NCBI GenBank assembly: GCA_964016885.1
Contig: OZ024753.1
Coordinates: 30,380,001 to 30,444,000 of the forward strand
Origin: Eledone cirrhosa
Lineage: Eukaryota
Direction of reading: 5' to 3'
Length of the DNA: 64,000 nt
Both the position numbers and the translations under genes were made by a program. Position 1 is the first letter of the stretch. The number at the start of each line of letters is the position of its first letter. The notes beneath the pieces were generated by a model. The model was not told the DNA's origin. It did no database searches and worked only from the letters and a program-made list of their open reading frames with translations. This document shows positions 1 through 12,800 of the stretch, one piece after another.

Positions 1-75
1 ATGTTATCCAACCATCTTGCTCGAGGTCTACCTCTGGGTCTCTTGCCAGTTGGTGTTGCCCCTAAAATCTATCCC
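1..75 (-). mobile_element. RTE-like LINE C-terminal fragment
   Basis: Minus strand reads ILGATPTGKRPRGRPRARWLDNI. Confidence 0.6.
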
Positions 76-898
76 AGTGATTCTTTCCATAAATATTTTA
101 TAATTAAAATTAAATTTCAACATTTTCAGCTAACATTTCTTTACAAATTACATTGATATAATTCTGTAACTTGCTTGAAACATTTTATTTTATTTTTTTT
201 TGTATTGCTATACTTATATGAATTGAATTATTATTATTATTTTTTTTTTTTTGTTAAAACAAAATATATCTGAGTAAATACTAAATCCTGCTTTAGCAAG
301 GAAGATGACCTTAAATGGTTTGTTCTACCTAGTAACTAATTTATTTACGTTGCCTTTATCTTGTGTTATTTTATTGAAGTAAACACAGGTTATATATAAA
401 CACTTCAAATTACTGCTATTATTAAATTTATCTTAGTGACATATGTTATAAATATTCTAGAAATCTTTTCTAAGAGCTGTTAACTTTCTTGGTGATGGTT
501 AGTTGGGTTATACTCTTATGATTTGAGCTTCTGTCATGTAACATTTGACTTCAGTTATATTTAGTATTCTAATGCTATTACAAAATAACAGAATGCAGTC
601 AAGGCTATGTTGACAAGGCGCAGTTGAAATCTCATAAACTAATAGGATCAGAACTGTTTGTACTAGAATAACTAACTCCTTGTATGAATATTCACAGGTT
701 GAAGACAGAAAGATTGATCGGAGGGTTTGCTAGGTATATAAAGTATTATAAACTGATATTATTATTAGAGCTAGTGATAACATGAAGTTATATTGCTTAG
801 TGGTTAAAGCATTGGACTTGTGATTGTGAGCTTGAATGAAACAGTTCTAGTCCTGTAGAAGGGATTTCTATATTAGATTTGTTATATACACTCTACTA

Positions 899-1427
899 AT
901 GTATTAATGTATTGAGTACCTTACTTACTGTGGTTACCCCCAATTGGACCTGGAACTTATATATATATATATTTATTAAATAACAGATTAAAGTTTAAAA
1001 AAAGAATCGCTGCTTTCACCCTTAACGGGATCTTCTGAAACTAACAAAGTCAATCTGAGCGCAGAAGTGAATATTTAAAAAAACATTGCAACCGGAAGAA
1101 GACAGGAAGACCAAAGTATCGTCTTCCTGTCTTTCTCCGGTTGCAACGTTTTTTGAAATATTCACTTCTGCGTTTACAGATTGACTTTGTTAGTTTCAGA
1201 AGATCCTGTTAAGGGTGAAAGCAGCGATTCTTTTCTTAAACTTTAATCTGTTATTTTAATAAATATTTGCTCTACGGTTCTTATATATTTGATATATATT
1301 TATCCTTATCGAGCCCTCTTTGGATTTTAGTCTTCAAATTTATTATTATTACTATATATATATATATATATGTCCCGGGTTCAATTGGGGGGTAACCAGA
1401 ATAAGTAAGGTACTTAATACATTAATA
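899..1427. mobile_element. Nested palindromic cassette in (TA)n, Penelope-like pLTR style
   Basis: Inner inverted arms ~970-1110 / 1122-1265; outer arms ~899-956 / 1371-1427; homologous to 15064-15303; hammerhead-like fold followed by AATAAA. Confidence 0.6.
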
Positions 1428-1978
1428 TATATATGGAAAATGGACGTTAAACGAAGATGATGATGATGATATATATATATATATATATATAAAGTATTTA
1501 TCACTGACACTATATATTATATCACTCACCACATCTTTCTACTTGTTATTTTATGCCCGTTCTTTCCTTGTTGGCATGGGTTGGATGGGTCTGTTCCACT
1601 ATAAAATTATCCACTTGTCTCTTGTCTCAATTCTTTGCTCTCTGATACACACAACAGAAATCTGCCAATCTTTGCAGTTCTATGTAATTTGTCTTTTTAT
1701 AGCTAAATGCCCTTCCTATTATGCACTACTTTATGGCATGAATGTAATTTATGGATTTTAACATGTTACTTATTCTAGAAAGAATGTCTGCTTGAACTGA
1801 AGAGTTCCTTCTAGCTTGTATCAGATTTTAGTCTGAGATACTACTCATCTAAATGAGTTACTTTCATTCACTGTGGCTTGTCAAGTTTGTCTCCTCCATT
1901 TCTTCCTTGTTGGGGCTGGGACAGGTATTGAGGTTTTTTTATTCACCATAGGTGTATTTAATTTATTTAAGCTAACAC

Positions 1979-2033
<55 letters not shown>

Positions 2034-2242
2034 CGCATACACACACACACATATATATACACACACACACACACATAGACATATATGTATATATATATTG
2101 AAATTCATGGTAGCTTAATTTAATTAGATGCCTGATCGATACAGATCGAACCTTGAGCTAATCAATCACGAAATGCACGTCACACCTCAATAAATGTAAT
2201 GAAAATTTAACACCTCATCCATATTATTATCATATGTATATA

Positions 2243-2605
2243 TAGGAAAACGTATGACCCCAACGGCAGAGCTCAAGCCGTTTCGACGGCTATTTCTGGA
2301 CTCTAGTCATACTTTTTCCTATTTCCCACACTACTACCCTAAGTATTGAGTACTCTGGTGCGTTATGGTCCATCTGGTTTCTTACCACACTTCCTTCGTT
2401 ATATATATATAACGAAGGAAGGGTGGTAAGGAACCAGGTGGACCATAACGCACCAGAGTACTCGATACTTTGGGTAGTAGTGGGTAATAGGAAAATGTTC
2501 AGGACCCCGACGGCAGAGCTCAAGCCGTTTCAACGGCTATTTCTGGAGTCCAGAAATAGCCGTCGAAACGGTTTGACTCTGCCGTCGGGGTCCTGAACAT
2601 TTTCC

Positions 2606-2608
<3 letters not shown>
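2243..2608. mobile_element. Double palindrome cassette in (TA)n
   Basis: Palindrome ~2313-2495 centred on (TA)n at 2399-2411, and palindrome ~2487-2608 centred at 2547; a related fragment lies at ~38325-38378. Confidence 0.65.
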
Positions 2609-2639
<31 letters not shown>

Positions 2640-2647
2640 TACATACT

Positions 2648-2896
2648 TTAACCCATTTGTTACCATCATTTTAATGAAATACACTGCCTATGTGTATCAA
2701 TTAATTTTGAAAATTTGAAGAATATAATGAGATAGCTAACCTTATTATTAGTAAGCTGCTACTTGAAACATTATTTAACAAAATTTCCTAAAATAGAATT
2801 ATGATAGGTTATAATATGAATATGAACATTTTAAAATGAGCAGATGTGTATCACAAAACCAGAACAGTTTCATAGGGTTTTTATCAAATGGGTTAA
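2648..2896 (+). mobile_element. piggyBac-type MITE family 2; copies at ~22225-22426, 32642-32891, 41556-41783
   Basis: TTAACCC(A/T)TTTGTTACC...GGGTTAA termini, shared internal sequence. Confidence 0.65.
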
Positions 2897-3706
2897 TTCT
2901 GTGTTATTTTGGAAAGTATAAAGCCTCCCTAACCCTTAATTGACTCACAGTTCTATCACAAAAGAAAGAAATACTAATAAAATGGGATGACATATTTTAG
3001 AACAGTTTATATTCGATGGATAAATAATTGTTTCTACGTTAGGCACAAGGCCAGCAATTATCACAGTGTATTATTGGTACTTTATTTTATCGACCCCATA
3101 AGGATGAAAGGCAAAGTTAACCTTGGCGGGATTTGAACTCACAAAATTTAAAGATTTATTCCACTTTTTTAAATTTTATTCTAGATTTTAAACGATGAAA
3201 GTGTTTTGATTGTTTTGAGTGTTTCATTGTCAATCTTTTAAAAATAATCCATCAGTCAATGATGCAAATATATCTTAGTTCACTAATAATTCTTTGTTGT
3301 TTGAAAAAAAAAAATTATGAAAAAAAGATGAAGAAAAGAAGAAAAAAATCAGCTACTATTTTGTAGTTTTTTATTTTAATGTTTCTTTATTTTTTTTTTG
3401 CAACTTGTTTTGTTATAATTCTTTGGAATAATTTCTAAAGAAATAATAAACAGTCAGTGAGCAGCCTAGCATTAGGGTAAGAAGAGAAAGCAGCCAGTTC
3501 ATTAATGTTTTTTCTTGTCAGCATTACTCAGATTTTGCCTCCTACCACTCATCCCACTCTCTCACTCTGCTTCCTGCAACCTTAGTTCTGTTACTACTGT
3601 GCTGTACCATTATTTCCATAGCAGCAGCAGCAGCAGCAGCAGCCGATTATTATTACATCAGATACATCACAAGCAGCGAAGAAGGAAAGAAAGATTTTTA
3701 AAAAAC

Positions 3707-3745
3707 ATGAATAGATCCCATGTTGTTCTTAGAGAAATTGCGTAA
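3707..3745 (+). promoter_or_regulatory. Upstream ORF (MNRSHVVLREIA*) in the presumed 5' UTR of the first exon
   Basis: ATG at 3707 and TAA ending at 3745, 18 nt before the main ATG; an (AGC)n tract lies just upstream at 3620-3643. Confidence 0.4.
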
Positions 3746-3763
3746 TTTTTCTGTTTTAATTTG

Positions 3764-3865
3764 ATGGAGACCTCCGACGAGGAATTAGATCCATTTACTC
3801 TCGCTAGGAGAGAGCACATTATTGAAGAGGAAGCTGTGGAACATATTTTAGCTCTTGTTGAAAAC
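3764..3865 (+). CDS. TRAK1: TRAK/Milton probable alternative first coding exon (METSDEELDPFTLARREHIIEEEAVEHILALVEN)
   Basis: ATG at 3764, 34 open codons, donor AAC|GTAAGT in phase 0 matching the next exon. It lies in repeat-free sequence. Confidence 0.72.
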
Positions 3866-6800
3866 GTAAGTTTGATATATTTCTTTACTCTAACAGAACT
3901 TGGGTTGAGAAATCTGAAGCAAGGTTGAATATTCAGTGTAGTTTCTTGAAATAGTGACTGTTAATATGGTGTGCGTCTCAGTCTATGTCTTGTATTCACT
4001 CACTTTCTGATAATATAGTAGTTTTAATTGGTTTTGTCAGTGTGTGGTGTTTCACAGTAATAGTTTTGTCTGTTCTTCTTTCATTTGAAAATAAATTTTG
4101 TTTAGAATGGTAGTAGGTGTGTTCTAGTGAATTCTCTCACTTCTCTAGTAATAAAAAAAAAATGTTAAGAGGGAAAAAATATCTTTTTAAAATCTCAGTT
4201 GAAATAAGTAGTGTGAAATAAATCATGGAATTTTATTCAGCAAAGTTATTAATCTTTTCTTTATAATAAATAAAGAAAAGCTTAATAACTTTGCTGAATA
4301 AAATTTTGTTTGCTTATTTTTTTGTTTGTTTTTACTACCATCTTAAATATGTCGCAAAACATCACTATAGCTAGTAAGAAATCAACTGATGATGGCTGTG
4401 GTAGAAAGATTTATAATAGTTAATTACATAATCATGAAACTTGAGATTTTAAAGTGGGATTTGAAATATGATATAGCATTTCCAAGGACAAGTTAGTGAT
4501 ATTTAGATAATGTTAATACCAATGATGTCAACACAAGAGTGAAGCTGATAAATGTTTTTATATATCCTCAAACTATATTCATTGTTTCTTCCTCTCTTAT
4601 ATTATTATGCTCTGTTTCTCATGCTAATTACTTGCTGCTATTTACAGTACTTCTGACTTTCTCATATACGGTAGGTCATTTATTTATGGTTCAGCAGTTG
4701 CTTCTGTATTTTGGGAGTGATGATAAAAGATGTGTGCGTAGTTGTATAATGAGGTAGAAGGAAGCAGGTGATCGCAGACCTAAACATTTGGCAGCTTCTA
4801 CTGGTTACATAAAAATGTATATACTCAACCAGTGAGTAGACTCATCAGTCTGTTTTAACCTTCAACTTCATGAATATTTTTATGATTTTAAATGTCGTGG
4901 TTAATAAGAACAGTTAAAAGATGTAGATATTTCTCATCATTATCAATTATCATCCCTCGTCGTCACCATTATCATTTTTATGCCTGTGTTTTCCAGGCTA
5001 GCATAGGTTGGACGATAGGTAGTGATTTGGCAAAATCATTAGAATGACAGTATTCATTCCAGCTTTTTGCACTCTCTGAGTTCAAATCCCACCGAGGTCA
5101 ACTTTGCCTTTCATCTTTTAAGAGATTGATAAAAAAAAAAGTTTCTTTATATCCCTCTCTCTCTTCCTCTTTCTATCTCAATCTCTCTCTGGAAGAAATC
5201 GGTTTATTCAGACCTGGAAAGGAGATGGTCTCCACCAGGTTTAAAATGCCTAAGAAATGCAGTATGTCACTCTAGCACCCTTATGACTCCATTATAAGTT
5301 ACGAGTCCATACGTGGGTACATAGATTGGATGGGGCTCTTTTGAAGCAGTGTTCTAAGTCTGCAACACCCTTCCTGATATTAGTCTTTTTTTTTTTCGTT
5401 TTTCTTTTAAAAAAAATAGCTATGCATATCAAATTGCTGAGCTGTGGGATCTTTCTTTATGAGGGACATAAACAAACAACACTTAGCAATATCAAATCTG
5501 AAGTAAACAATAACACATATGCAGTGTTGGATTTAGGACAAACAAGGCCCCGTGCTAGTTAAGTTATGAGGCACCAAACTTTTGAAAAAGCACCCAGCAC
5601 TCACTGTAAATGAGGTTGGTGTTAGGAAGGGCATCCAGCTCTAGAAATCAAGCCAGAATCAGTTCCTGTCCCACCCTTGCAAGCAGGGAAAAGCGGACGT
5701 AAAATGATGATGATTGTAAAAAATTTTGTTGGTAGAAAGATAAGCCCCCTCTGTGCTTAAGCAAACCTAAGCACAATGGTGAATCCAGCACTGCCCCCCC
5801 CCCCCACATATATATTTTATGGAGCTTTGTATACTTTCTAGTTACTAGTTTCATTCATGAGGTATTGATTGACCTGAAGCTCATGCGGTGTGATAGAAAT
5901 GGAAACCATGTAATTGTCAAGTGAACTTCTTAACCACAACAGCCATAACTGCACCTTAAAAAACTATGTTGTCTTGTTGACAATGCTGAAGAACTACTTC
6001 ACCATACACACCTACTATTGTTGTTATTTATGGCACTCTTCATATACACATGACTGACTGAACTGTTTTTACTGTTTATCTTGTGAAAAAATAAAATCTT
6101 AGAATAAAGAAATTTAAGCAAAACTGAGCCAGGGTTAAATTGCCTTTCCTAATGTCAACCAGATTTACAGCCAATGCTGTAAATGTGGTTGGCGTTAGAA
6201 AGGTCATCCAGCCATAGAAACCAAAGCAGAAACACGGTCACCTGATCTGACTTGTCACAATGGGACAACTCGTCTAACCCATGCTAGCATGGTAAATGGA
6301 TGTTAAATGGTGAAGATGATGATGAAACTTAAAAATGTATGTTATATGGTGAAAGAAATGTAAGCTTATATATAAGACAGGGTTCTTTATAACAGAAAAA
6401 ATTAGAATGACCCTGTCCAAAATACCAGTCTCTTTTTCATCTTCAGATCATCATCATCATTCTAAGTCTTTCCATGTTAGCACTGTCTGGGACCAGACAG
6501 GTCAGATAACCACATCTTGCTTATATGTTGCATATTTTGACAATAAAAAAGTACCAGTTTAATACTGGGTCAATTCTTCCTCTATAATTCCATCTCATTT
6601 CCTCTCTCTCTCTTTTTTTTCTGAAAGAAATCTGGCTGTGTTCAGATTTGAAGAGGGGATGGGCTCAACCAAGTTTCAAATTTCACTCTGGCTCCCCTAC
6701 AACTCCACTAGGACTTACAGGTCCATCCATAATACTACATACAGTCTTCTATTTTCTAATATTCCTGGACAGTTATATGTTAATATTTTATGTCAAAACA

Positions 6801-9800
6801 TTTATTACTTTATCAATGCTCCAAGACCATTACAATAAATCTACCAATGTTATGATAATGAAACACACACTCCAGATTGAAAATTACTGGTTTAACCCTT
6901 TATCATTTACATTACTCTATATTTACTATTGTATTTTTTCAGTAAAGGCTTTACCTCACATCGTCAATACTTATCTTGTTCCATTTCTTAGAGGGTTCTA
7001 AACCCCACTATCAGGCTAAAATTTCTTTAGTCAAAAATACGGCGAAAGCTTCTATTTCTAATTTCAAACTCATTCGCTCTTTCAAAACAAACTTACTTAT
7101 CTCACATAATATTGAATCTATGAGATTTTGATACTATTTATTTTGAGAACAATACCTTAACATCAGTATGAGTGGCTAGTTACAGCTGGTTTAAACAGAA
7201 AGAGGTGAGAGAATTCTGGCCAGATACGTCCGGTTTAAATGCTAAAGGGTTAATCGACCATTAGTATTCCCTGTGTGAATTACCAACAAACAATTTACTA
7301 TTCATCTTTAGTTGGATAGTAGTAGATTTACCAGCTGGTCTAAAACAGCTGCTGTGAACACTTAATACAGTTGTTTAAATACAGATAAGATTGTTTGATG
7401 TTTAACTAGCAAGCAAAAGAAGAAAACTAAAATAAATAAAAAGTTCACCTTTAGCAGTCACCTGACTTTAGTAATAATGGTTGCACTAACAAGAAGTTAT
7501 GTTATAATTTTATGTTAAGGATAAAGCCAACACCTTCCGCAGCAGGCCTGTTCTCCTCTCAATTTTTCACTCTGCATTCTTATCAATGCCTTCCCAACCT
7601 GGTCAAAGAAACATCAAGCACCCTAGTATTGTAATGAAGTAGTGCTAATGCCACAACAAAAAGTACCCAGTCCACTCTATATGAGGTAGCGCTAGTGCTG
7701 ACAAAAAAAACCCCAAGTCCATCCTCTAAGAGAAGTAGTGTTGGTACCACAGTAAGTAAGGCAGTAAGTAGTCCTGGTGTCACAACAAAAAATGACCCAG
7801 TCTATACTGTAAGGCAGTAGTCCTGGTGTCACAACAAAAAGTGACCCAGTCTATACTGTAAGGCAGTAGTCCTGGTGTCACAACAAAAAATGACCCAGTC
7901 TATACTGTAAGGCAGTAGTCCTGGTGTCACAACAAAAAATGACCCAGTCTATAGTGTAGTTTTTAAGTGGCAATTTGTTAGAATCCTTTACAATAAGAAA
8001 ATATGTGATATTAATTTAAAAGTATAGTCAGCAAATACAAATATATATACATGTATAAGTATATGTATATCAGACCATACTTGTTTCTTTGCAAGCATGC
8101 ATTGAAATCGTCATTGTTTTCACACCCAGAAATCTACCTTAAAACAGATGCACACACATTATTATTATTATTGTTATTATTTTATATAACTTAGCCAAAA
8201 CAAGCTTTAATAAAACCGTATCCTGCTTTTCCAGCTTATGATCTGATCTATTTCAATTTTTGTTTATGTGGGTGTAGACATATGTATGTGTGTGGGTTGG
8301 TGTGTGCATGCTTGCAGTAGTGTGATTATTGGCCCACAATCAAAATTTATGTGGGTGTTAGCATGTGTGTTGGTGTATGTGTGCATGCTTGCAGTAGTTT
8401 GATTATTGGCCCACAATCAAAGTTTCAAGTATTTCATATTAATCTCTCATATTGACTTATATCTAAGCACTCCCTGTTGAATTATTTGTTGAAAACACTT
8501 AAGATATATCTTTGAAACAAAACTATGCAATGCTGCTTTGAATCTTTAATGTCTTTAGTCATAGTTTTATGCTTTAAGTTAAATGACTTTTAGTTTAACC
8601 CTTTAGTATTTAAAATGGCCATATCCGGCCAGAATTCTCTCACTTCTTTCTGTTCAAATCGATCATAACCGGCCTCTCATACTGACGTTAAGGTATTGTT
8701 CTCAAAATAAATATCAAAATCTCAAAGAATTGATTTAGTATAAAGTATCTAAAAACAGGTTTGTTTATTCAAATGTTTAGTGTGTCTTTAGTAGTGGACA
8801 GATACTTGTTAGTGTACATTCTGTAAAGTGGTTGGTAGTAGGAAGGGCATCCAGCCATAGAAAATCTGCCGAATAAAGAATTAGGAAGATTTTTTTTACC
8901 CATGTCAAAGACATGGCAGCTTTCCTAGTGTTGGCACCACAATAAAAATCTCTCGGTAGAGCCATGATTGTATGTTGTCTGACACTCTACCGATTCTGCC
9001 AATATGATTTATAATTTAGGCACAAAGCCAGCAGTTTTTTTTTTTGTGGAGGCGGGGGGTGGTGATTATATTGACCCCCGTATTTGGCTGGTACTTTATT
9101 AGTTTATAGTTTCCTGCTAGCAACACTTTAAATAGTATGGCATTAGGAAGGGCATCCAGCCGTAGAAATCTAGCCCAAAACAGTCCTATATGAGCAAGAC
9201 ACGAACGGCCAGCTGACCCAACTTGCTTCTAATGGGACTGCCCATCTAACCCATACTAGCGTGGAAAATGGACGTTAAACGATGCTGATGATAGTTTACT
9301 ATGAAGTTGTTTTAGTACCAGAATGTATCTATTACTACTTCAGATTAACACTATAGTTAACAATTTATGAATATATTGAAATATGGATTAAGTAATGTTG
9401 ATATACTGTTATTTTGCCAAGTATGTCACTGTACTTCCTATACACTTATTGATTTCACTCTCCTTTTGACACAAGTACAGGCTTTTTAGGCAGCTCCTCT
9501 AAGTTATCATACCCGTGGTTTTTATCTATCTATTTGTTTCCTAATAGAATTATACTGATTGTTTTAAAAACCCAAAGACAAACAGAATTTGAAATATAAA
9601 CCCTTAAAATGTTTTACAGAGTGAACCCAAATAATGGCAGATTCTTTTTGTAGAAAAGGAAGTCAACTTTACAAAAATTTCCTTCTATTTTGAATCTTTT
9701 CTAATGATTTAACTATTAACTCATAACTCGTGAATTGATTTAGTATAAAATATCTAAAAACAGTTTTGTTCAGTCAAATGTTTAGTGTTTTAGTAGTGGA

Positions 9801-12800
9801 CAGATAATTGTGAAAATGTACAGGGTAGAGCTGTTTTGTACTTTTCAAGAATGTCTAAATGTGATTTCATGTGGAACAGAGCGTTAAGAGTTATAACTGA
9901 ATATTTATGTTGCTACTAATATACAGTTTGTGTCTTTATTTGTGTTCTTGCTTGTTTTCTTTCCGAAGTAAAGTTGTATGTATTCCACTCCAGAGACATG
10001 ACTTATTTGGGATAATTGGACCAGTATTTCTTTTTAACTTTACATTATATTCAGTTTGAGAAACGAAAGTTTGTACTTATAGAATGTTGATATTCACCTT
10101 CAAGAGAAAGATGTGTGTGTGGCTTGCGTTAGTTTAGAACAACTAATATTTTTGTTTGAATTGTTGAAAGTTAGTTATAAAAAATATATAAGTTGTCTTT
10201 CATATGTTGGTCATAGAGACTGTAGAGTAATAATCAATATTGTTATAAATATATTACAAATAGTAAGATACTGATTGATTTATGGTAGATTGTCAATGAA
10301 TAAATACTTCCTGTGTACCTTATTGATTAACACAGCAGATAATACTTGTTAACAGACCAGAAAACAAAACACCTTGGTACTACTACTCAATATCTTTTTA
10401 TTATAAAAGATACTTAATCAGTAAAGTGGCAAAATATTACATAATGACCCAAGTGTGCAGCAGCAGAAGTTTAATGTAAAAGTTTTCAATGATTGGCTGC
10501 CCAGCTAATAAATTCTGTCAGCATTTGCAAGCATTGTGTGTATGTTTATAACTGGATTGTGGTGTGACCAGAAGGCTGAGAAGTAATTTGACCTACTAGT
10601 TGGAAAGTTTGAATTGAAAGTGAGTGTAGACTTAGTTGAAGTTAAATTAAGAGATTCTGAAAAGAAACACAGACGTATCAGATATAGTATGGTAAAGGAG
10701 ACACAGAAGTATTGGATATAGTATGGTAAAGGAGTCACAGAAGTATTGGATATAGTATGGTAAAGGAGTCACAGAAGTATTGGATATAGTAGAAGAAAGG
10801 ACCCACAGAAGTATTGGATATAGTATGGTAAAGGAGTCACAGAAGTATTGGATATAGTATAAGAAAGGACCCACAGAAGTATTGGATATAGTATGGTAAA
10901 GGAGTCACAGAAGTATTGTATAGTATGGTAAAGAAAGGAAACAGAAGTATTGGATATAGTATGGTAAAGGAGTCACAGAAGTATTGGATATAGTATGGTA
11001 AAGGAGTCACAGAAGTATTGGATATAGTAGAAGAAAGGAAACACAGAAGTATTGGATATAGTATGGTAAAGGAGTCACAGAAGTATTGGATATAGTATGA
11101 GAAACAAGGAATGAATGAAGTGTGTTCTGTATCGATAGAAGATGTCTACAGCGTTGACTTTAAGAAAGAGGCTGTTACTGACAACTGATCTGAAGGTTTG
11201 GATTAACAACTTTTTTTGTTTAGTAATCATTGAAGTAAGGACTGAACCTGTGATGTATGTAGGTCTTCCTTAGTTGTTAGTGGAGTAGGGACTGACACTG
11301 TGATGTATGTAGGTCTTCCTTAGTTGTTAGTGAAGTAAGGACTGAACCTGTGATGTATGTAGGTCTTCCTTAGTTGTTAGTGGAGTAGGGACTGACACTG
11401 ATGTATGTAGGTCTTCCTTAGTTGTTAGTGGAGTAGGGACTAACACTGTGATGTATGTAGTCTTCCTTAGTTGTTAGTGGAGTAGAGACTGACACTGTGA
11501 TGTATGTAGGTCTTCCTTAGTTGTTAGTGGAGTAGAGACTGACACTGTGATGTATGTAGGTTTTCCTTAGTTGTTAGTGGAGTAGGGACTGACACTGTGA
11601 TGTATGTAGGTCTTCCTTAGTTGTTAGTGAAGTAGGGAATGACAGTGTGACATGTAGGCCCTACATCATAATTTGTTGTTCTTTATTTAAGATGGCTGGA
11701 TGTGATTTCAGGAGAATTTGGCTGCTAACTCTAGTAGGTTGAATTACAGCATAGAGGCTCCTCCAATGGCTTGAATCTTTGTATCCTAGCACCTTTAGAA
11801 TCCAGTTTTGGTTATGTATTAATGTATGATTGCAATGAAAGATCATCATGATAATAGTTTTTACATGTTTCCCATTCATGCATGGACTTAGCCAAGTTCA
11901 CTTCCACACAGCATCTCTCCATTTTGTCTTTTCCTTTGTGGGATTCAGTTTCCACCTCTGTCCACATCATTCTTGGTCTCCCTCTTCCTTAGCTTCCTTC
12001 CACTTCTTCACCCAACAATCATCATCTATACATATTACATGTCTATACCAGCACAATCTTCTCTTTTGTACACATTTGATTCCTCTTCACCCAGTTTTTC
12101 TCAACTCTTCTGTTTTGTTGTTTATTCACAATAATGTTAGGGATTTTGCAGCCTGGCGACAAAGATTAAGGTTTTTTTTTAATTTTTATGTTGTTCATGA
12201 TAAGTGAATGTCCAATGTTTGAGGCACGTGGCCTAGTGGTAAGGGTGTTGGACTTACAATCATAATATCATGTGTTCGATTCCTGGGCTGGGTTGCGTGT
12301 TGTGTTCTTGAGCAAAACATTTCATTTCACGTTGCTCCAATATTCTCAGCTGAAAATGAGTACCAGCAATAGCTGGGGGTTTAACCATGTGATGGACTGG
12401 CATCCTGTCCAGTGGGGAGTCTTGTACTCTGTCACAACACACCATAAAACTGGGATAAACATTGGCCTTACAAGCCTCCTTGAGATGGACTTTAAAAAAA
12501 TATCATATGCCTTCTTTTTCCATTTTTCCTTATATTTCATCCTAAGACCACCTAAAAGTGGTTGGCAGAATCATTGTGTTGGATTGAAAATGCCTCAGAA
12601 TTTGTTTTGGCCCTCTGTACTCTGAGTTCAAATCCCACTGAAGTCAACTTTACCTTTCATCCATTTGAGGTCAATAAATAAAGTAGCAGTCCAGTTCTCT
12701 CGGGTCAATTCTTCCTCCCTCCATCTCTCTCTATCTGTGCCCCCCCCCCTCCCGCACACACACAGAAGAATAAGAAATTAGTTGTGTTATGACCTAGAGG

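Noticed and set aside
1873-2118. ORFs with YIYIYI/THTH/CVCV runs (also 15465, 27713, 53962, 55075-55588, 56769 and others)
   Set aside because: They are translations of (TA)n/(CA)n microsatellites, with no splice or protein signal.
10668-11660. Regular repeat arrays as possible CRISPR
   Set aside because: The units are contiguous without unique spacers, the context is a eukaryotic intron, and there are no cas genes.
12223-12300. tRNA-like sequences (also 18488, 21781)
   Set aside because: They are SINE heads running into CORE-like bodies, with no intact cloverleaf.
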